A stretch of DNA of 64,000 nucleotides from Phycisphaerales bacterium (GCA_027451365.1 DAIDJN010000059.1:1-64000), one strand, 5' to 3'. Shown: positions 39,697 through 49,254, numbered from the stretch's first letter. The notes: a model not told the origin generated them from the sequence alone. Made by a program: numbers and translations.

Positions 39697-42600
39697 TTAT
39701 TGTGTCCCCAGCGGCGACGTTTCCACCGCCACAAGCGATGGATTCGGATTGCTGATCTTCGGCATAAAACGCGTCCGTGGACGCGTGTTCAGTTCATCAT
39801 TCAATATTCCATACATCCGCGGCTGTTTGAACAGCTTGGCCACGCGGGATGCCTTGTCGCGCATGTCGCCGAAAATCAACGCCTGCGTCGGACATGCCTG
39901 TGCGCATGCCGGAGTAATTTCGCCGTCCCTTATCCGGCGGTTCTGTCGTTCCGCGGTCACGCGGGCATCGTCAATTCGCTGCACGCAGTACGTGCATTTT
40001 TCTATGACGCCGCGCATCCGGATCGATACCTGAGGGTTCTTCTGCATGGCCGCAAGATCGTTCATGTTCGATCTTAGAATGTTCGGCTTATACAGGTCCT
40101 TAAGCGTGCCGCTGTTGTAATCAAAGAAGTTAAAACGGCGGACTTTGTACGGGCAATTGTTGGCACAGTACCGAGTGCCGATGCAGCGGTTGTAAGTCAT
40201 CATGTTCAATCCATCGGCGCTGTGGCTCGTGGCGCCCACCGGACAAACAGCTTCACATGGCGCGTTTTCGCATTGCATGCACAAAATCGGCTCATGCACC
40301 GCTTCGGGGGAATCCGCATTTGGCCCACGGAAATACCGGTCAATGCGTATCCATTGCATTTCCCGCCCGTTCATGACCTGCTGTTTGCCTACAATCGGAA
40401 TATTATTTTCCGCCTGGCATGCCACCACACACGCCGAACAGCTTGTGCAGGTGGTCAGGTCCACTGCCATGGCCCATTGATAACCCGTATCATAACGGTG
40501 CATTTCCCAAAGCGAGACAGCTTTGGCTTTTTTGTGGCCAAGCGATGGATCTTTCTGAAACTCCGCGAAGGTAGCCTGGTGAATAAGGTCCGGAATGCGG
40601 GCCGCCACCGCCTCTTGACTTAAGGTGCTGATCGCGAAGTGGTCCTGTGTGTTGGCCAGTTCATAGCTTTCAGCGGTCACTTTGACCGTCGCACCAGTCT
40701 GAAAATTCATCGCCGCAACACTTCGCAGGCAATACACATTAAACCCGGCGCCGTCCGCCACCGATCCCACACCTTCCCGCCCGTAACCCAGTGCAAGAGA
40801 AATGGAAAACTCCGGTTGCCCGGGCATGATATATGCCGGCATTTTCAATGTTTTGCCACCCACCGTAATCGCCAGCATTTGCGTTTTATGGAAGCTAAGC
40901 CCGATCGTCTTGGCGAGTTTCGGACTGATCACTGCGGCGTTATCCCATGTCAGCCGCGTCATCGGGTCCGGCAGTTCCTGCAGCCATCCGTTGTTGGCGA
41001 AGCGTCCGTCGTAGATTTTACTGTCTGGCCGGAACACAATTTCAATGTTCCCGGCACCTAATGCGGCCCGCGGCCGGGCGTCGATTGCCTGTGTCAAGTC
41101 TTTGGAAATACTCGCATTCAGAGTCGGCGTCAGGGCTGACCAGCCGGTGTCTTTAATGTAGCCGTCAAACAGGGCCTTTTTCCATTTCCACTCGCCAGCT
41201 TTCAGACCAAGTGTACGCTGAACAATTTCATAACCTGATACGACGGCGGTTTTTGACCCGCTTGGTAAAAGCATCGCCAGCGTTTCGATGACGCTTTTGC
41301 CTCCAAAAATCGGCTCAATCATGGGCTGTACTATGCTGATCGTTCCATCAAACGTGCGGATGTCACCCCAGCTTTCGAGGTAATGCGCCGCCGGCAAGTG
41401 CCAGGTGCACAAACGTGCGGTCTCATCCACATAATTTGAGAGTTGTATACTTTCCGTTACGTTGGCCAGTGCGGAAGCAAAATCCAGGTCCGCTGGGGCG
41501 TTATAGGCCGGGTTTACATCCAGCATGACCAGGGTCCTGATTTCTTTGTTTCGCATTGCTGCGGTCAGGTTGGTAATCGACTGGTCATGAGCGGTCCGGT
41601 CAGCGGATGGATCTTTGTAGTATTCAACCGTTTTGCCTGTGTTGCCCAAGGCGCTGTTCATGGCGGCGGCCAGTGCATGTACCGCTGCCGGTTGCTGGCT
41701 GCCCGCGACCACCACGCATTCGCCCTTATGGGTCAGAAGATCGGCCACAATTGCGTCAATGACATCCTGCCGCATCGGCTCGGGCAGTGTGCCGCCCAGC
41801 GATGGCAACTCCGGTATGTTAATTCCACGTTTTTTTAATCCCGCCGCAATCGCCACCGTCGCAATTACAACGTCCTGGCCCGGCAAGGGAATCCGATGGA
41901 GTGCATTTTCCGCAAGCGAGCCAGTGGCGGAAAATGTCGATTCTATGACATAGAGCCGATTCATGTCCGTTGCCGCGTCGCCCGTGGCCGGATCCGTCAG
42001 ACGTCGTCCGGCGGAGAAATCCCGTGATAATTTGACGGACAGCGGGTCCCCAACCACAAAATCAAAATCCAGCGAAACAATTACCCTTGCTTTGGCAAGT
42101 TGCGGCACCACGCGCATTGGTTCACCAAACGCCATCAATGTGCCGGCGCGGGCATTATCAGAGGAAATTGGTTCATATTCAAAAAACCGGGCGGAAGGAA
42201 ACGCCTTGGCGGTCCGCTTCAGCATATCTTGCACACTTGGCGAAGATGAGGCACCCGTCAGAAACGCCAGACCCTGCCCCTGACTTTTCTGCAAATCTCC
42301 ACCAATTTTTCGCCATGCGGTGGAAAAATCGTCCCAATTGCCTGGTTCCAAGCCGCTTTTGCCCTTACGCATCACGGTGCGGCTGCGGTCCGGGTCGTAC
42401 ACACCTAGAACGCTGGCCTGGCCATATATGTCGCTGGCACCGCCATTCAGCGGATGCGTCGGATTGCCATCGACTTTGATCGGCCGACCATCCACGCTGG
42501 TTACCAGCATTCCCTGGCCAATCCCCCCAAGGTCCATGCCCGTGGCATAATACACCGGAGTGCCCGGATCACGGTTTGCCGGCCGATGCGCATAAGGAGC

Positions 42601-42822
42601 CAGCGTTTCGGCAGGCCATCTACGGCAGCCGGCCAGACCGGCCAGCGCGAACGACGCGCCCATAATTTTTAAAAAGCGCCGGCGGTCGCCATTAAGCCAT
42701 TCCGAAGCGCGGTTTGGGAACTCGCGCTGTACGAACTGCCGGAATTCCGGCGTATCCGCAAGTTCGTCCAAACTGCGCCAATATTCTTTACCGGTCAAAT
42801 TCTGATCGCTCAGTGATGACAT
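39697..42822 (-). CDS. actB: Alternative complex III subunit B (molybdopterin-oxidoreductase-like domain + Fe-S domain, extended Tat signal)
   Basis: YWRSLDEL...RRRFLKIMGAS.ALAGLAGC; GRPIK..GNP.HP; NNGWLQELPDP; Fe-S motifs CTSCSACVVAC, CMQCENAPCEAVCP, CIGTRYCANNCP, CTYC...CAQACP. Confidence 0.96.
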   Translation of the reverse strand: MSSLSDQNLTGKEYWRSLDELADTPEFRQFVQREFPNRASEWLNGDRRRFLKIMGASFALAGLAGCRRWPAETLAPYAHRPANRDPGTPVYYATGMDLGGIGQGMLVTSVDGRPIKVDGNPTHPLNGGASDIYGQASVLGVYDPDRSRTVMRKGKSGLEPGNWDDFSTAWRKIGGDLQKSQGQGLAFLTGASSSPSVQDMLKRTAKAFPSARFFEYEPISSDNARAGTLMAFGEPMRVVPQLAKARVIVSLDFDFVVGDPLSVKLSRDFSAGRRLTDPATGDAATDMNRLYVIESTFSATGSLAENALHRIPLPGQDVVIATVAIAAGLKKRGINIPELPSLGGTLPEPMRQDVIDAIVADLLTHKGECVVVAGSQQPAAVHALAAAMNSALGNTGKTVEYYKDPSADRTAHDQSITNLTAAMRNKEIRTLVMLDVNPAYNAPADLDFASALANVTESIQLSNYVDETARLCTWHLPAAHYLESWGDIRTFDGTISIVQPMIEPIFGGKSVIETLAMLLPSGSKTAVVSGYEIVQRTLGLKAGEWKWKKALFDGYIKDTGWSALTPTLNASISKDLTQAIDARPRAALGAGNIEIVFRPDSKIYDGRFANNGWLQELPDPMTRLTWDNAAVISPKLAKTIGLSFHKTQMLAITVGGKTLKMPAYIMPGQPEFSISLALGYGREGVGSVADGAGFNVYCLRSVAAMNFQTGATVKVTAESYELANTQDHFAISTLSQEAVAARIPDLIHQATFAEFQKDPSLGHKKAKAVSLWEMHRYDTGYQWAMAVDLTTCTSCSACVVACQAENNIPIVGKQQVMNGREMQWIRIDRYFRGPNADSPEAVHEPILCMQCENAPCEAVCPVGATSHSADGLNMMTYNRCIGTRYCANNCPYKVRRFNFFDYNSGTLKDLYKPNILRSNMNDLAAMQKNPQVSIRMRGVIEKCTYCVQRIDDARVTAERQNRRIRDGEITPACAQACPTQALIFGDMRDKASRVAKLFKQPRMYGILNDELNTRPRTRFMPKISNPNPSLVAVETSPLGTQ

Positions 42823-43520
42823 AACTCGCAATCCGTTAAAAGCTTGCTGTTGGGAACGTGGTACCGCTTCACAAGATATTTGCCCAGATTTTTGGGCAAC
42901 GTGGCCACCGTAAGGCCCAGGTCCGAAGCCAGTTTGGTTTTGTCGGTCGGACTCCAGTTCATGTTTGTAACTTCATTCCGCGGCCGCAAGTAGGGGGCCG
43001 GATTCCGATGGCACTGCAAACACCAGGCCATGTTCAACGGCTTAGCCTGATATACATGGGTCATTTCATTCACCTGGCCATGGCATATCAGGCAACTTAC
43101 ACCCGCATTCACATGTGCAGCATGATTGAAGTACACATAGTCCGGCAGGTCATTGACTTTTTTCCACGGTACCGGCATGCCCGTTTTGTAGCTTTTGCGT
43201 ATCCAAGCCAGCGCTGCGCTATGCGGGGCAATTGCGGTGTGGCAGTTCATGCAGGTTTGGGTAGGGGGCAGAGCGGCAAAAGCCGCACGCTTTACATCGG
43301 TGTGGCAGTACTGGCAGTTAATGCCCAATTTTCCGGCATGAAAGGCGTGGCTGTAGGCAACGGGCTGCACGGGTTGGTAATTAACGTTTAATGTTCGCGC
43401 ATTCGCCCCATAACCGAGCAGTATTACCAAGTACACGGGCACAAGAACCCCACATGCCAGTATCACTTTTGTGGCCGTATCCGACCATCGGGGAAATACG
43501 AAAGATGGTTTGTCGCTCAT
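42810..43520 (-). CDS. actA: Alternative complex III pentaheme cytochrome c subunit A
   Basis: One TM, QPV.YSH..HAG and five CxxCH motifs (CQYCH, CMNCH, CLICH, CLQCH, CELCH). Confidence 0.95.
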   Translation of the reverse strand: MSDKPSFVFPRWSDTATKVILACGVLVPVYLVILLGYGANARTLNVNYQPVQPVAYSHAFHAGKLGINCQYCHTDVKRAAFAALPPTQTCMNCHTAIAPHSAALAWIRKSYKTGMPVPWKKVNDLPDYVYFNHAAHVNAGVSCLICHGQVNEMTHVYQAKPLNMAWCLQCHRNPAPYLRPRNEVTNMNWSPTDKTKLASDLGLTVATLPKNLGKYLVKRYHVPNSKLLTDCELCHH

Positions 43521-43588
43521 TGCTGTGGCCGCTATCCCAAGTCGTTCATACACCAACCACAAAACTTTCCAACCGCCCCGCAGGCAGG

Positions 43589-43606
43589 TTGTGAAAGATT
43601 GCACAA
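43589..43606. promoter_or_regulatory. Rex-type (or CRP/FNR-family) operator upstream of actA
   Basis: TTGTGAA-AGAT-TGCACAA, one mismatch from the Rex consensus TTGTGAA-N4-TTCACAA. Confidence 0.65.
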
Positions 43607-43616
43607 AGTTTTTAAG

Positions 43617-43645
43617 ATACTAATGCCGACCCTTTTTTGAGTCAA
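43617..43645 (-). promoter_or_regulatory. sigma70-type promoter of the act-cox operon
   Basis: Minus strand TTGACT-N17-TAGTAT. Confidence 0.65.
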
Positions 43646-43849
43646 CATGCACCCGATTATTTTCCGGATATTTCATTTTGCCTATCCTTTTCAATCGGAT
43701 TTATCCAATTTCTCCATCCGGTAATACCGGCGTTCCGCCATCGGCTATTGTCCCATGGTCCGAAATTCCTCTCGGCGCAGCCCCGCCGCTTCTGTTATCA
43801 TGGCCATCTGGTTATTAAATGCGTGATTGAGTCTGTTACGAGGTATTTT

Positions 43850-44476
43850 GTGGCCCTTCGTCCGAATCTGGTGGTTGAACCCGTTCTTCTGGATGTTTCT
43901 GATGACTTGGGAATCCTTGATTGGCCCGGAATTTTCGGCAACAATAACCCGGTGGAACTTGAGATTGGCTCGGGTAAAGGAACCTTTCTGGTGTCCGTTG
44001 CTGAAAAGTCTCCGCAGACAAACTTTATTGGCATCGAATGGGCCAAAGCCTATGCAGATTTCTCCGCTGACCGCCTTCGTCGCCACGCGCTGCTGAATTG
44101 CCGCATCGTGCGAGCCGATGCCGTCTGGTGGATTCGCTGCCATGTTCCGGCGGATTCCATTTCCGCCCTGCATGTCTATTTTCCGGATCCTTGGCCAAAG
44201 GCCCGCCACCATAAGCGGCGGCTCATCGCGCCTGGCTTTATGGCGGAGGTGGCGCGCATCCTTATCCCTGGCGGAAAATTCCGTCTGGTCACCGATCACG
44301 CCGGCTATTTTGAGCATATTCAGCAGGTCTTGGCGGGCTTTTCAGGCCTTGTTCCGGCTGCGTTTGATTCCCCGGTGCAAACACCGGATGGGCTGATCGT
44401 GGGCACTAATTTTGAACGTAAATATCAGGCCGAAAATCGTGCCGCCTATTCCATCGCCGCCATAAAACCGGCTTAA
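43850..44476 (+). CDS. trmB: tRNA (guanine-N7)-methyltransferase
   Basis: LEIGSGKG, FIGIE, FPDPWPK.RHHKRRL, TDH..Y and TNFERKY motifs; GAGGT RBS before GTG 43850. Confidence 0.95.
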   Translation: MALRPNLVVEPVLLDVSDDLGILDWPGIFGNNNPVELEIGSGKGTFLVSVAEKSPQTNFIGIEWAKAYADFSADRLRRHALLNCRIVRADAVWWIRCHVPADSISALHVYFPDPWPKARHHKRRLIAPGFMAEVARILIPGGKFRLVTDHAGYFEHIQQVLAGFSGLVPAAFDSPVQTPDGLIVGTNFERKYQAENRAAYSIAAIKPA

Positions 44477-44547
44477 CCGCGGCTTGGGAAAGTGCGATAA
44501 ACGCATCGCGGCATCATGCCTTTTTTGTAAATGCCTGCGCAAAATAG

Positions 44548-44574
44548 AAAAAGCCGGAACTTGTCGCTCCGGCT
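44548..44574 (-). terminator. Intrinsic terminator after xerC
   Basis: Minus strand AGCCGGA-N9-TCCGGCT followed by TTTT. Confidence 0.7.
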
Positions 44575-44625
44575 CGTGAGGAATTCCGTTTTCACCAGAT
44601 TTTTCGCAGCGGATCGGATCGCGGG

Positions 44626-45624
44626 TCAGGTCACTTCATGTGCCCGCGGATGCGCTGAATCATAGGCATCCTGAATGCGTTTCGTCGTCAGGTGGGTATA
44701 AATCTGGGTGGTGCTTAGACTCTGGTGCCCCAGCATTTCCTGAACCGACCGCAAATCGGCTCCATGGTTGAGCATGTGCGTCGCAAAGCTGTGCCGCAGC
44801 GTGTGCGGACTGATATCCGGATCCAGATGGGCTTCAATCAGGTATTTATCCAGCTTGCGCCGCACTGATCGCGTGCTTAGCCGCTGGCCATGCTTGTTGA
44901 TGAACAGCGCTGTGGCCAACTGGCTGGGCGGCACAATGTGATTACGCATCTCAATATATTTTCGCATTGCGGCTACCGCGGTCTCGCCGATGGGGCTCAG
45001 GCGTTCTTTGCGACCTTTGCCCCGCACTTTCAGCACGCCGCCCGCAAAGTCAATGTCTTCAATATTAAGCCCCACCAGTTCGCTGACGCGCATTCCAGTG
45101 CTGTAAATAACTTCCAGCATCGCCTTGTCGCGGCAGCCCAGCAGATCCGTGTCTTTGGGTGTCTGCAGCAGTTTTGTAACCTGTTCCTCGGTCATGAACT
45201 TGGGCAGGCGCTTTTCCAGCTTCGGCGTGCGGATTGTCAGCATCGGGTTGTTGCCGGTCAAACCTCGCTTGTTCAGGAACTTGAAAAAGCTTCGCAGAGT
45301 GGCCAGTTTCCGCGCCACTGTCGCCTTGGAATAGTTGTGCTCGCGCATGTGCTGAAGGTACGCTCGCACGTTGTCTGGACCGGCCGAAAGCAGCAGTCGG
45401 TCAAATTCTTCGGGCACCGGATCCGTTTCCGCCGTCTGCGGTTTGGAACCTGGCGCATGATTAGAGGTCGGTCCGAATGAATCTGGCAGACCGGCAAGGA
45501 AACGGCCGAACTGCTTAAGATCGGCCCCGTAGCATTTACTCGTATAGGTCGAAAAATGCCTCTCGAATTGCAGATAATTCAGGAAGTCCTGAATACGCTG
45601 TGGCTGGGGAACCTGGTTTTCCAT
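44626..45624 (-). CDS. xerC: Tyrosine recombinase XerC
   Basis: ARKLATLRSFFKFL, YSTGMRVSEL, GKGRKER, SPHTLRHSFATH, LRSVQEMLGH..LSTTQIYTH and HPRA motifs. Confidence 0.9.
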   Translation of the reverse strand: MENQVPQPQRIQDFLNYLQFERHFSTYTSKCYGADLKQFGRFLAGLPDSFGPTSNHAPGSKPQTAETDPVPEEFDRLLLSAGPDNVRAYLQHMREHNYSKATVARKLATLRSFFKFLNKRGLTGNNPMLTIRTPKLEKRLPKFMTEEQVTKLLQTPKDTDLLGCRDKAMLEVIYSTGMRVSELVGLNIEDIDFAGGVLKVRGKGRKERLSPIGETAVAAMRKYIEMRNHIVPPSQLATALFINKHGQRLSTRSVRRKLDKYLIEAHLDPDISPHTLRHSFATHMLNHGADLRSVQEMLGHQSLSTTQIYTHLTTKRIQDAYDSAHPRAHEVT

Positions 45625-46025
45625 AATGCACTGAACCTTTCGACCGCGCACTGCCCGCCAGACGTCCACGAATGGCTGGGCCGATGCTGCTGTCATCGCC
45701 AAAAAACACCGGATCAATTCCATTGACCCGCCTTCAGTGCTCTCCATCCATCGTGCACGCCCCGGTCAACAGTTACCAGACCTCTTACAGCAGGCCCGAT
45801 CCCGGTTCCGACACCCGGCTTTTGACCGGCGTTGCCCCGATGGATTTCAAAGTATTTATCGGCGTTTTACGGAGCTAACGTGAACGGCATGCGATTATAT
45901 TTTTCAAGGGTTTGTTTTTTGCCAAGTAGGCGTATTTTAAGAGATTTTCAAGATTTATATCGGACGCCCCACAGTGTCTTTGGCTTGACGAAGCGTCGCT
46001 GGCGTTTTCGGTGTGCCCGGGGATT

Positions 46026-47591
46026 TCAGTTTTCGGCGACGGCAGCCTGTTCGCCCCGTTGCAGAAAGTGCTGTTTCGCCTCACCAATAAGGTAGAACGA
46101 ACCGGTTACCGTTACCAGGTCTTCGCGCGTAATCGCTCGCGAGGCAATTTCCATTGCTTCACGAAACGAGCCTGCAACCTGTGCCATTTTACCGAACCGT
46201 TCCACATAGGCAGCCGAAAGTTCCTCGGGTGCCGCACTCTTGGGATTGTTGGCACTGCGCGTAAAAATCACTTTATCCGCACCAAGTGAAATCTGTTCGA
46301 GCATTCCGTCGATATCTTTGTCGCAGTTACAGCCGAAAATAACCACCATGCTGTCATACGGAATGTACTGGCTGATGCCTTTGAATAGCGCCTGGACCGA
46401 GGCCGCATTGTGGGCACCGTCAATCACGACGCGCGGGTCGCGCCATATCAATTCCATCCGGCCGGAAATGGCCACGCGGGCCAGACCCTCGGCCGCTTTG
46501 GCATCGTGAATGGCTATTCCGCGTGTCTTGAGTTTGTCCAGCATCGCCAGAGCTAGACCGCAATTCACCGCCTGATGTTCGCCGATAAGAGGTACGGTTA
46601 AATGTTCGAATCTGGATGTGGGCGTCATCAGCGTTACCCGAACATGCGGGCCGATGGGACGGGTATTTTCAAAACGGTGCGAAAATTCAATATCTGATCC
46701 GACAAATGCCAGCGGTGCGTGCACCTGTTGTGCCACCCGGTTAAGGACCGCCATCACCTCCGGCGGCTGAAGCGAAGCGACCGCCGGCACGTCTTTTTTG
46801 AAAATTCCGGCCTTTTCCTCGGCTATTTTGGCCAGTGTGGATCCCAAAACCGCCATATGGTCATAACTGATTGAGCAGATGCCGGTCACTTCAGGAGTGA
46901 TGACATTGGTGGAATCCAGTCTGCCGCCCATACCAGTTTCAATGACTGCGATATCCACCTGCTGGTCGGCAAAATAACAGAAGCCAACCGCGGTCATTAT
47001 TTCAAAAAAAGTCGGTCGATCGCTGCCCATTTTGCGAATGGCCGCCTCTGCGCGCCGCACCAGCTTTACAAAATCGCCGTGTGAAATCATGCGGTCGTTG
47101 ATGGAAATCCGTTCCCGGATGTCAATTAAATGCGGACTGGTGTATAGCCCCACCTTCAGGCCACCGTGTTGGAGCATGGCCGCCAGCATTGCACAGGTGC
47201 TGCCCTTGCCCTTCGTGCCAGCTACATGAGCGGATTTGAATTTGGTGTGCGGATCGTCAAGCAATTTCAACAGACGCCGCATGCGGTCCAGGTTAAACGT
47301 GGTGGTGTTATACCGTACTATGCGCATACGTTCATAGTCAGTTTGCGCATTCAAGAATTCGATAACTTTATGGAATGAACGGACCTCACTAGACGGAACC
47401 AGCTTGGCCGCCACGGTAGCCCGGGCTTTTATCGCACCCTGAAGGGTTATCCGTCGCGATTCAACCCTTAACCCTCGCCGATTTGCGTGTGGCTTCAGGG
47501 AAAGTGTTGTCCGGCCAGTCTTCTTCCCGTTACTGGTCGCGGACTTCTTCCGTGCTTTGGGACGATTTTTAGACTTTCCAACCGTTACCAT
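46026..47591 (-). CDS. folC: Folylpolyglutamate synthase/dihydrofolate synthase with a basic N-terminal extension
   Basis: HVAGTKGKGST, YTSPHL, TFFE, ETGMGGRLDSTN, EKAGI, DGAHN and TGSFYL motifs. Confidence 0.95.
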   Translation of the reverse strand: MVTVGKSKNRPKARKKSATSNGKKTGRTTLSLKPHANRRGLRVESRRITLQGAIKARATVAAKLVPSSEVRSFHKVIEFLNAQTDYERMRIVRYNTTTFNLDRMRRLLKLLDDPHTKFKSAHVAGTKGKGSTCAMLAAMLQHGGLKVGLYTSPHLIDIRERISINDRMISHGDFVKLVRRAEAAIRKMGSDRPTFFEIMTAVGFCYFADQQVDIAVIETGMGGRLDSTNVITPEVTGICSISYDHMAVLGSTLAKIAEEKAGIFKKDVPAVASLQPPEVMAVLNRVAQQVHAPLAFVGSDIEFSHRFENTRPIGPHVRVTLMTPTSRFEHLTVPLIGEHQAVNCGLALAMLDKLKTRGIAIHDAKAAEGLARVAISGRMELIWRDPRVVIDGAHNAASVQALFKGISQYIPYDSMVVIFGCNCDKDIDGMLEQISLGADKVIFTRSANNPKSAAPEELSAAYVERFGKMAQVAGSFREAMEIASRAITREDLVTVTGSFYLIGEAKQHFLQRGEQAAVAEN

Positions 47592-47598
47592 ACCATAG

Positions 47599-47627
47599 AT
47601 TGTATCAGACTGGTAAGCGGTTTACAA
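47599..47627 (-). promoter_or_regulatory. sigma70-type promoter of folC (probably leaderless)
   Basis: Minus strand TTGTAA-N17-TACAAT with extended -10 TG, 7 nt before the ATG. Confidence 0.6.
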
Positions 47628-47835
47628 TTCAACCCTATTTATTCGCATACGTATAAATAAAATTACGCATAGTAGATTAATGTTTACGTCTATGCGAAAT
47701 AACGTCCCATAACAATGCGCACCTGCCGTGTTCGATAAAAATGCCAGGCGCATTTTATTTAACAATAACCGACCAATCCGCGAACCTTTCACCCTGTAAT
47801 AACGAACGCCAATATGTCGCCATTGGCGATCTGGT

Positions 47836-48237
47836 TTAGGGTGTTTTCACCAGTTTAGTCTTTACGTAATTGCAAATTGTTTCAACAGTGAAAACATCTC
47901 GAAAATTATTGATATTGGGATCCTTCTCAAATGCGGAAAGGTCCGCAAACGGCATTCGTTTCTTCAGTTCTGCGATACCGGATTCGGTTACCTTTCCTTC
48001 GGAATTCACATATTCCTGATTGGAGAACACTGAATCCGGAATCATTTCACCGGTCGGTATTTTGATTCCGAACGCCTTTTCCAATTGAAAGGTAATATCC
48101 AAGTAATCTATCGATTCGGCACCCAAGTCTTTATTCAGCCGGGCTTCTGGCGTAACCTCATCCTCATCCACTGCCAGCGCCTGTGTTAAAACGTCGCGCA
48201 CCTTAATAAATACTGGGTCATCTGTGGCTATTGTCAT
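47836..48237 (-). CDS. Acyl carrier protein, long planctomycete type
   Basis: DLGAESIDYLDI.F.LEK.FGI with the phosphopantetheine Ser, plus a ~45 aa insertion before TVETI.NYV. Confidence 0.9.
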   Translation of the reverse strand: MTIATDDPVFIKVRDVLTQALAVDEDEVTPEARLNKDLGAESIDYLDITFQLEKAFGIKIPTGEMIPDSVFSNQEYVNSEGKVTESGIAELKKRMPFADLSAFEKDPNINNFRDVFTVETICNYVKTKLVKTP

Positions 48238-48382
48238 TGATCTTATCCTTCTGCAACTCCGGAATTCTAAAATGTGCCCGTGGCCGCATTCGCCACACAA
48301 TCAGGCTGTACCCTGACTAGTTTCCGGTAAAATCGTCATTTAAGCAACCTTGCGGACCATCGGAAGGTACCCGTTTGTCCCA

Positions 48383-48868
48383 TTACACCGTCGGATCGTT
48401 GGACCGCCGTAATTGCCGCCATTGTCTGGCCATAGCCTCATTCACTGAGTTGTCCAGATTTTCCAGTGAACTTTCGAGATGGCCTAATTTCAGGTGGGCA
48501 AGTTCAATCCGACCGGTAATGGCCGCATCGTTGCCCACGCTGCCGCGTATTTTAAATTCACTCTGGTTCATATCCAGAGATACCACTTCGGACCGCATGA
48601 TGAGCGTCCGACCCGGTTCAACAAACGAACCATACCGGATTCCGCGGGCCTCTTTCAGTACCACCAGCGACGGCCGAAAGCCACTCCATTCCCGTACCAG
48701 CCAGGCTGACGCCTGCACCGCCGCCTCCAGCATCAGCACTCCCGGCAACACAGGAAATCCCGGAAAATGGTCCGCCAGATACTCTTCGGCGAGGCTCACA
48801 TTTTTGGCGGTGGTAATGTTTTTGGCTGATGTAAATTCCTCAATGCGGTCGACCAGACAGAATTTCAT
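48383..48868 (-). CDS. FabZ/FabA-like 3-hydroxyacyl-ACP dehydratase
   Basis: F.LVDRI, DHFPGFPVLPGVLMLEA and FVEPG motifs. Confidence 0.9.
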   Translation of the reverse strand: MKFCLVDRIEEFTSAKNITTAKNVSLAEEYLADHFPGFPVLPGVLMLEAAVQASAWLVREWSGFRPSLVVLKEARGIRYGSFVEPGRTLIMRSEVVSLDMNQSEFKIRGSVGNDAAITGRIELAHLKLGHLESSLENLDNSVNEAMARQWRQLRRSNDPTV

Positions 48869-49226
48869 GGCTTATAATTCCTGAAAAAGAGACCAGCTTA
48901 TTTATCAAAACACGACTGATCAAACCATATTCGGCGTTTTACACAAATATCAGGATTTTGACAACTGCAAATTGTAACCTGATGGCGACAGGCCAGACCG
49001 CATTTCTTCAAATGGCATTTACGCCGCAATTTGTGGAGTCACAATTTCAGCCAAATGGTATGGCCCCGTACTATTTCCGGGTCAGGCTGAATTTGGCGAT
49101 TTTTCACCGCAATAAACGGCCTTTTTCAGGAATTATTTTCTTCGGCGAACTTCCGGACTCCGACGAGCGTATGTATCTAACTGAAAGGGACTCGAATAAA
49201 ATATGAAAAAAGTTTCGTATTTGCTG

Positions 49227-49254
49227 TTGACAAGTGTAACAATGTTCCTATCAT
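49227..49254 (+). promoter_or_regulatory. sigma70-type promoter of the ArsR-like gene
   Basis: TTGACA-N16-TATCAT with an AT-rich upstream tract. Confidence 0.65.

Noticed and set aside
39697..42822. ActB as a catalytic molybdoenzyme such as a nitrate or DMSO reductase
   Set aside because: The actA/C/D/E/F context identifies ACIII, and ActB lacks a molybdenum cofactor in solved structures.
44626..45624. Prophage or island integrase
   Set aside because: The motifs are those of housekeeping XerC/D (LRSVQEMLGH, HPRA), the neighbours are core genes, and no att sites or phage genes are present.
47662..47689. Canonical dif site
   Set aside because: The XerD-like arm aligns only with a 5-bp spacer and 7/11 matches, so it is kept only as a hypothesis under findings.
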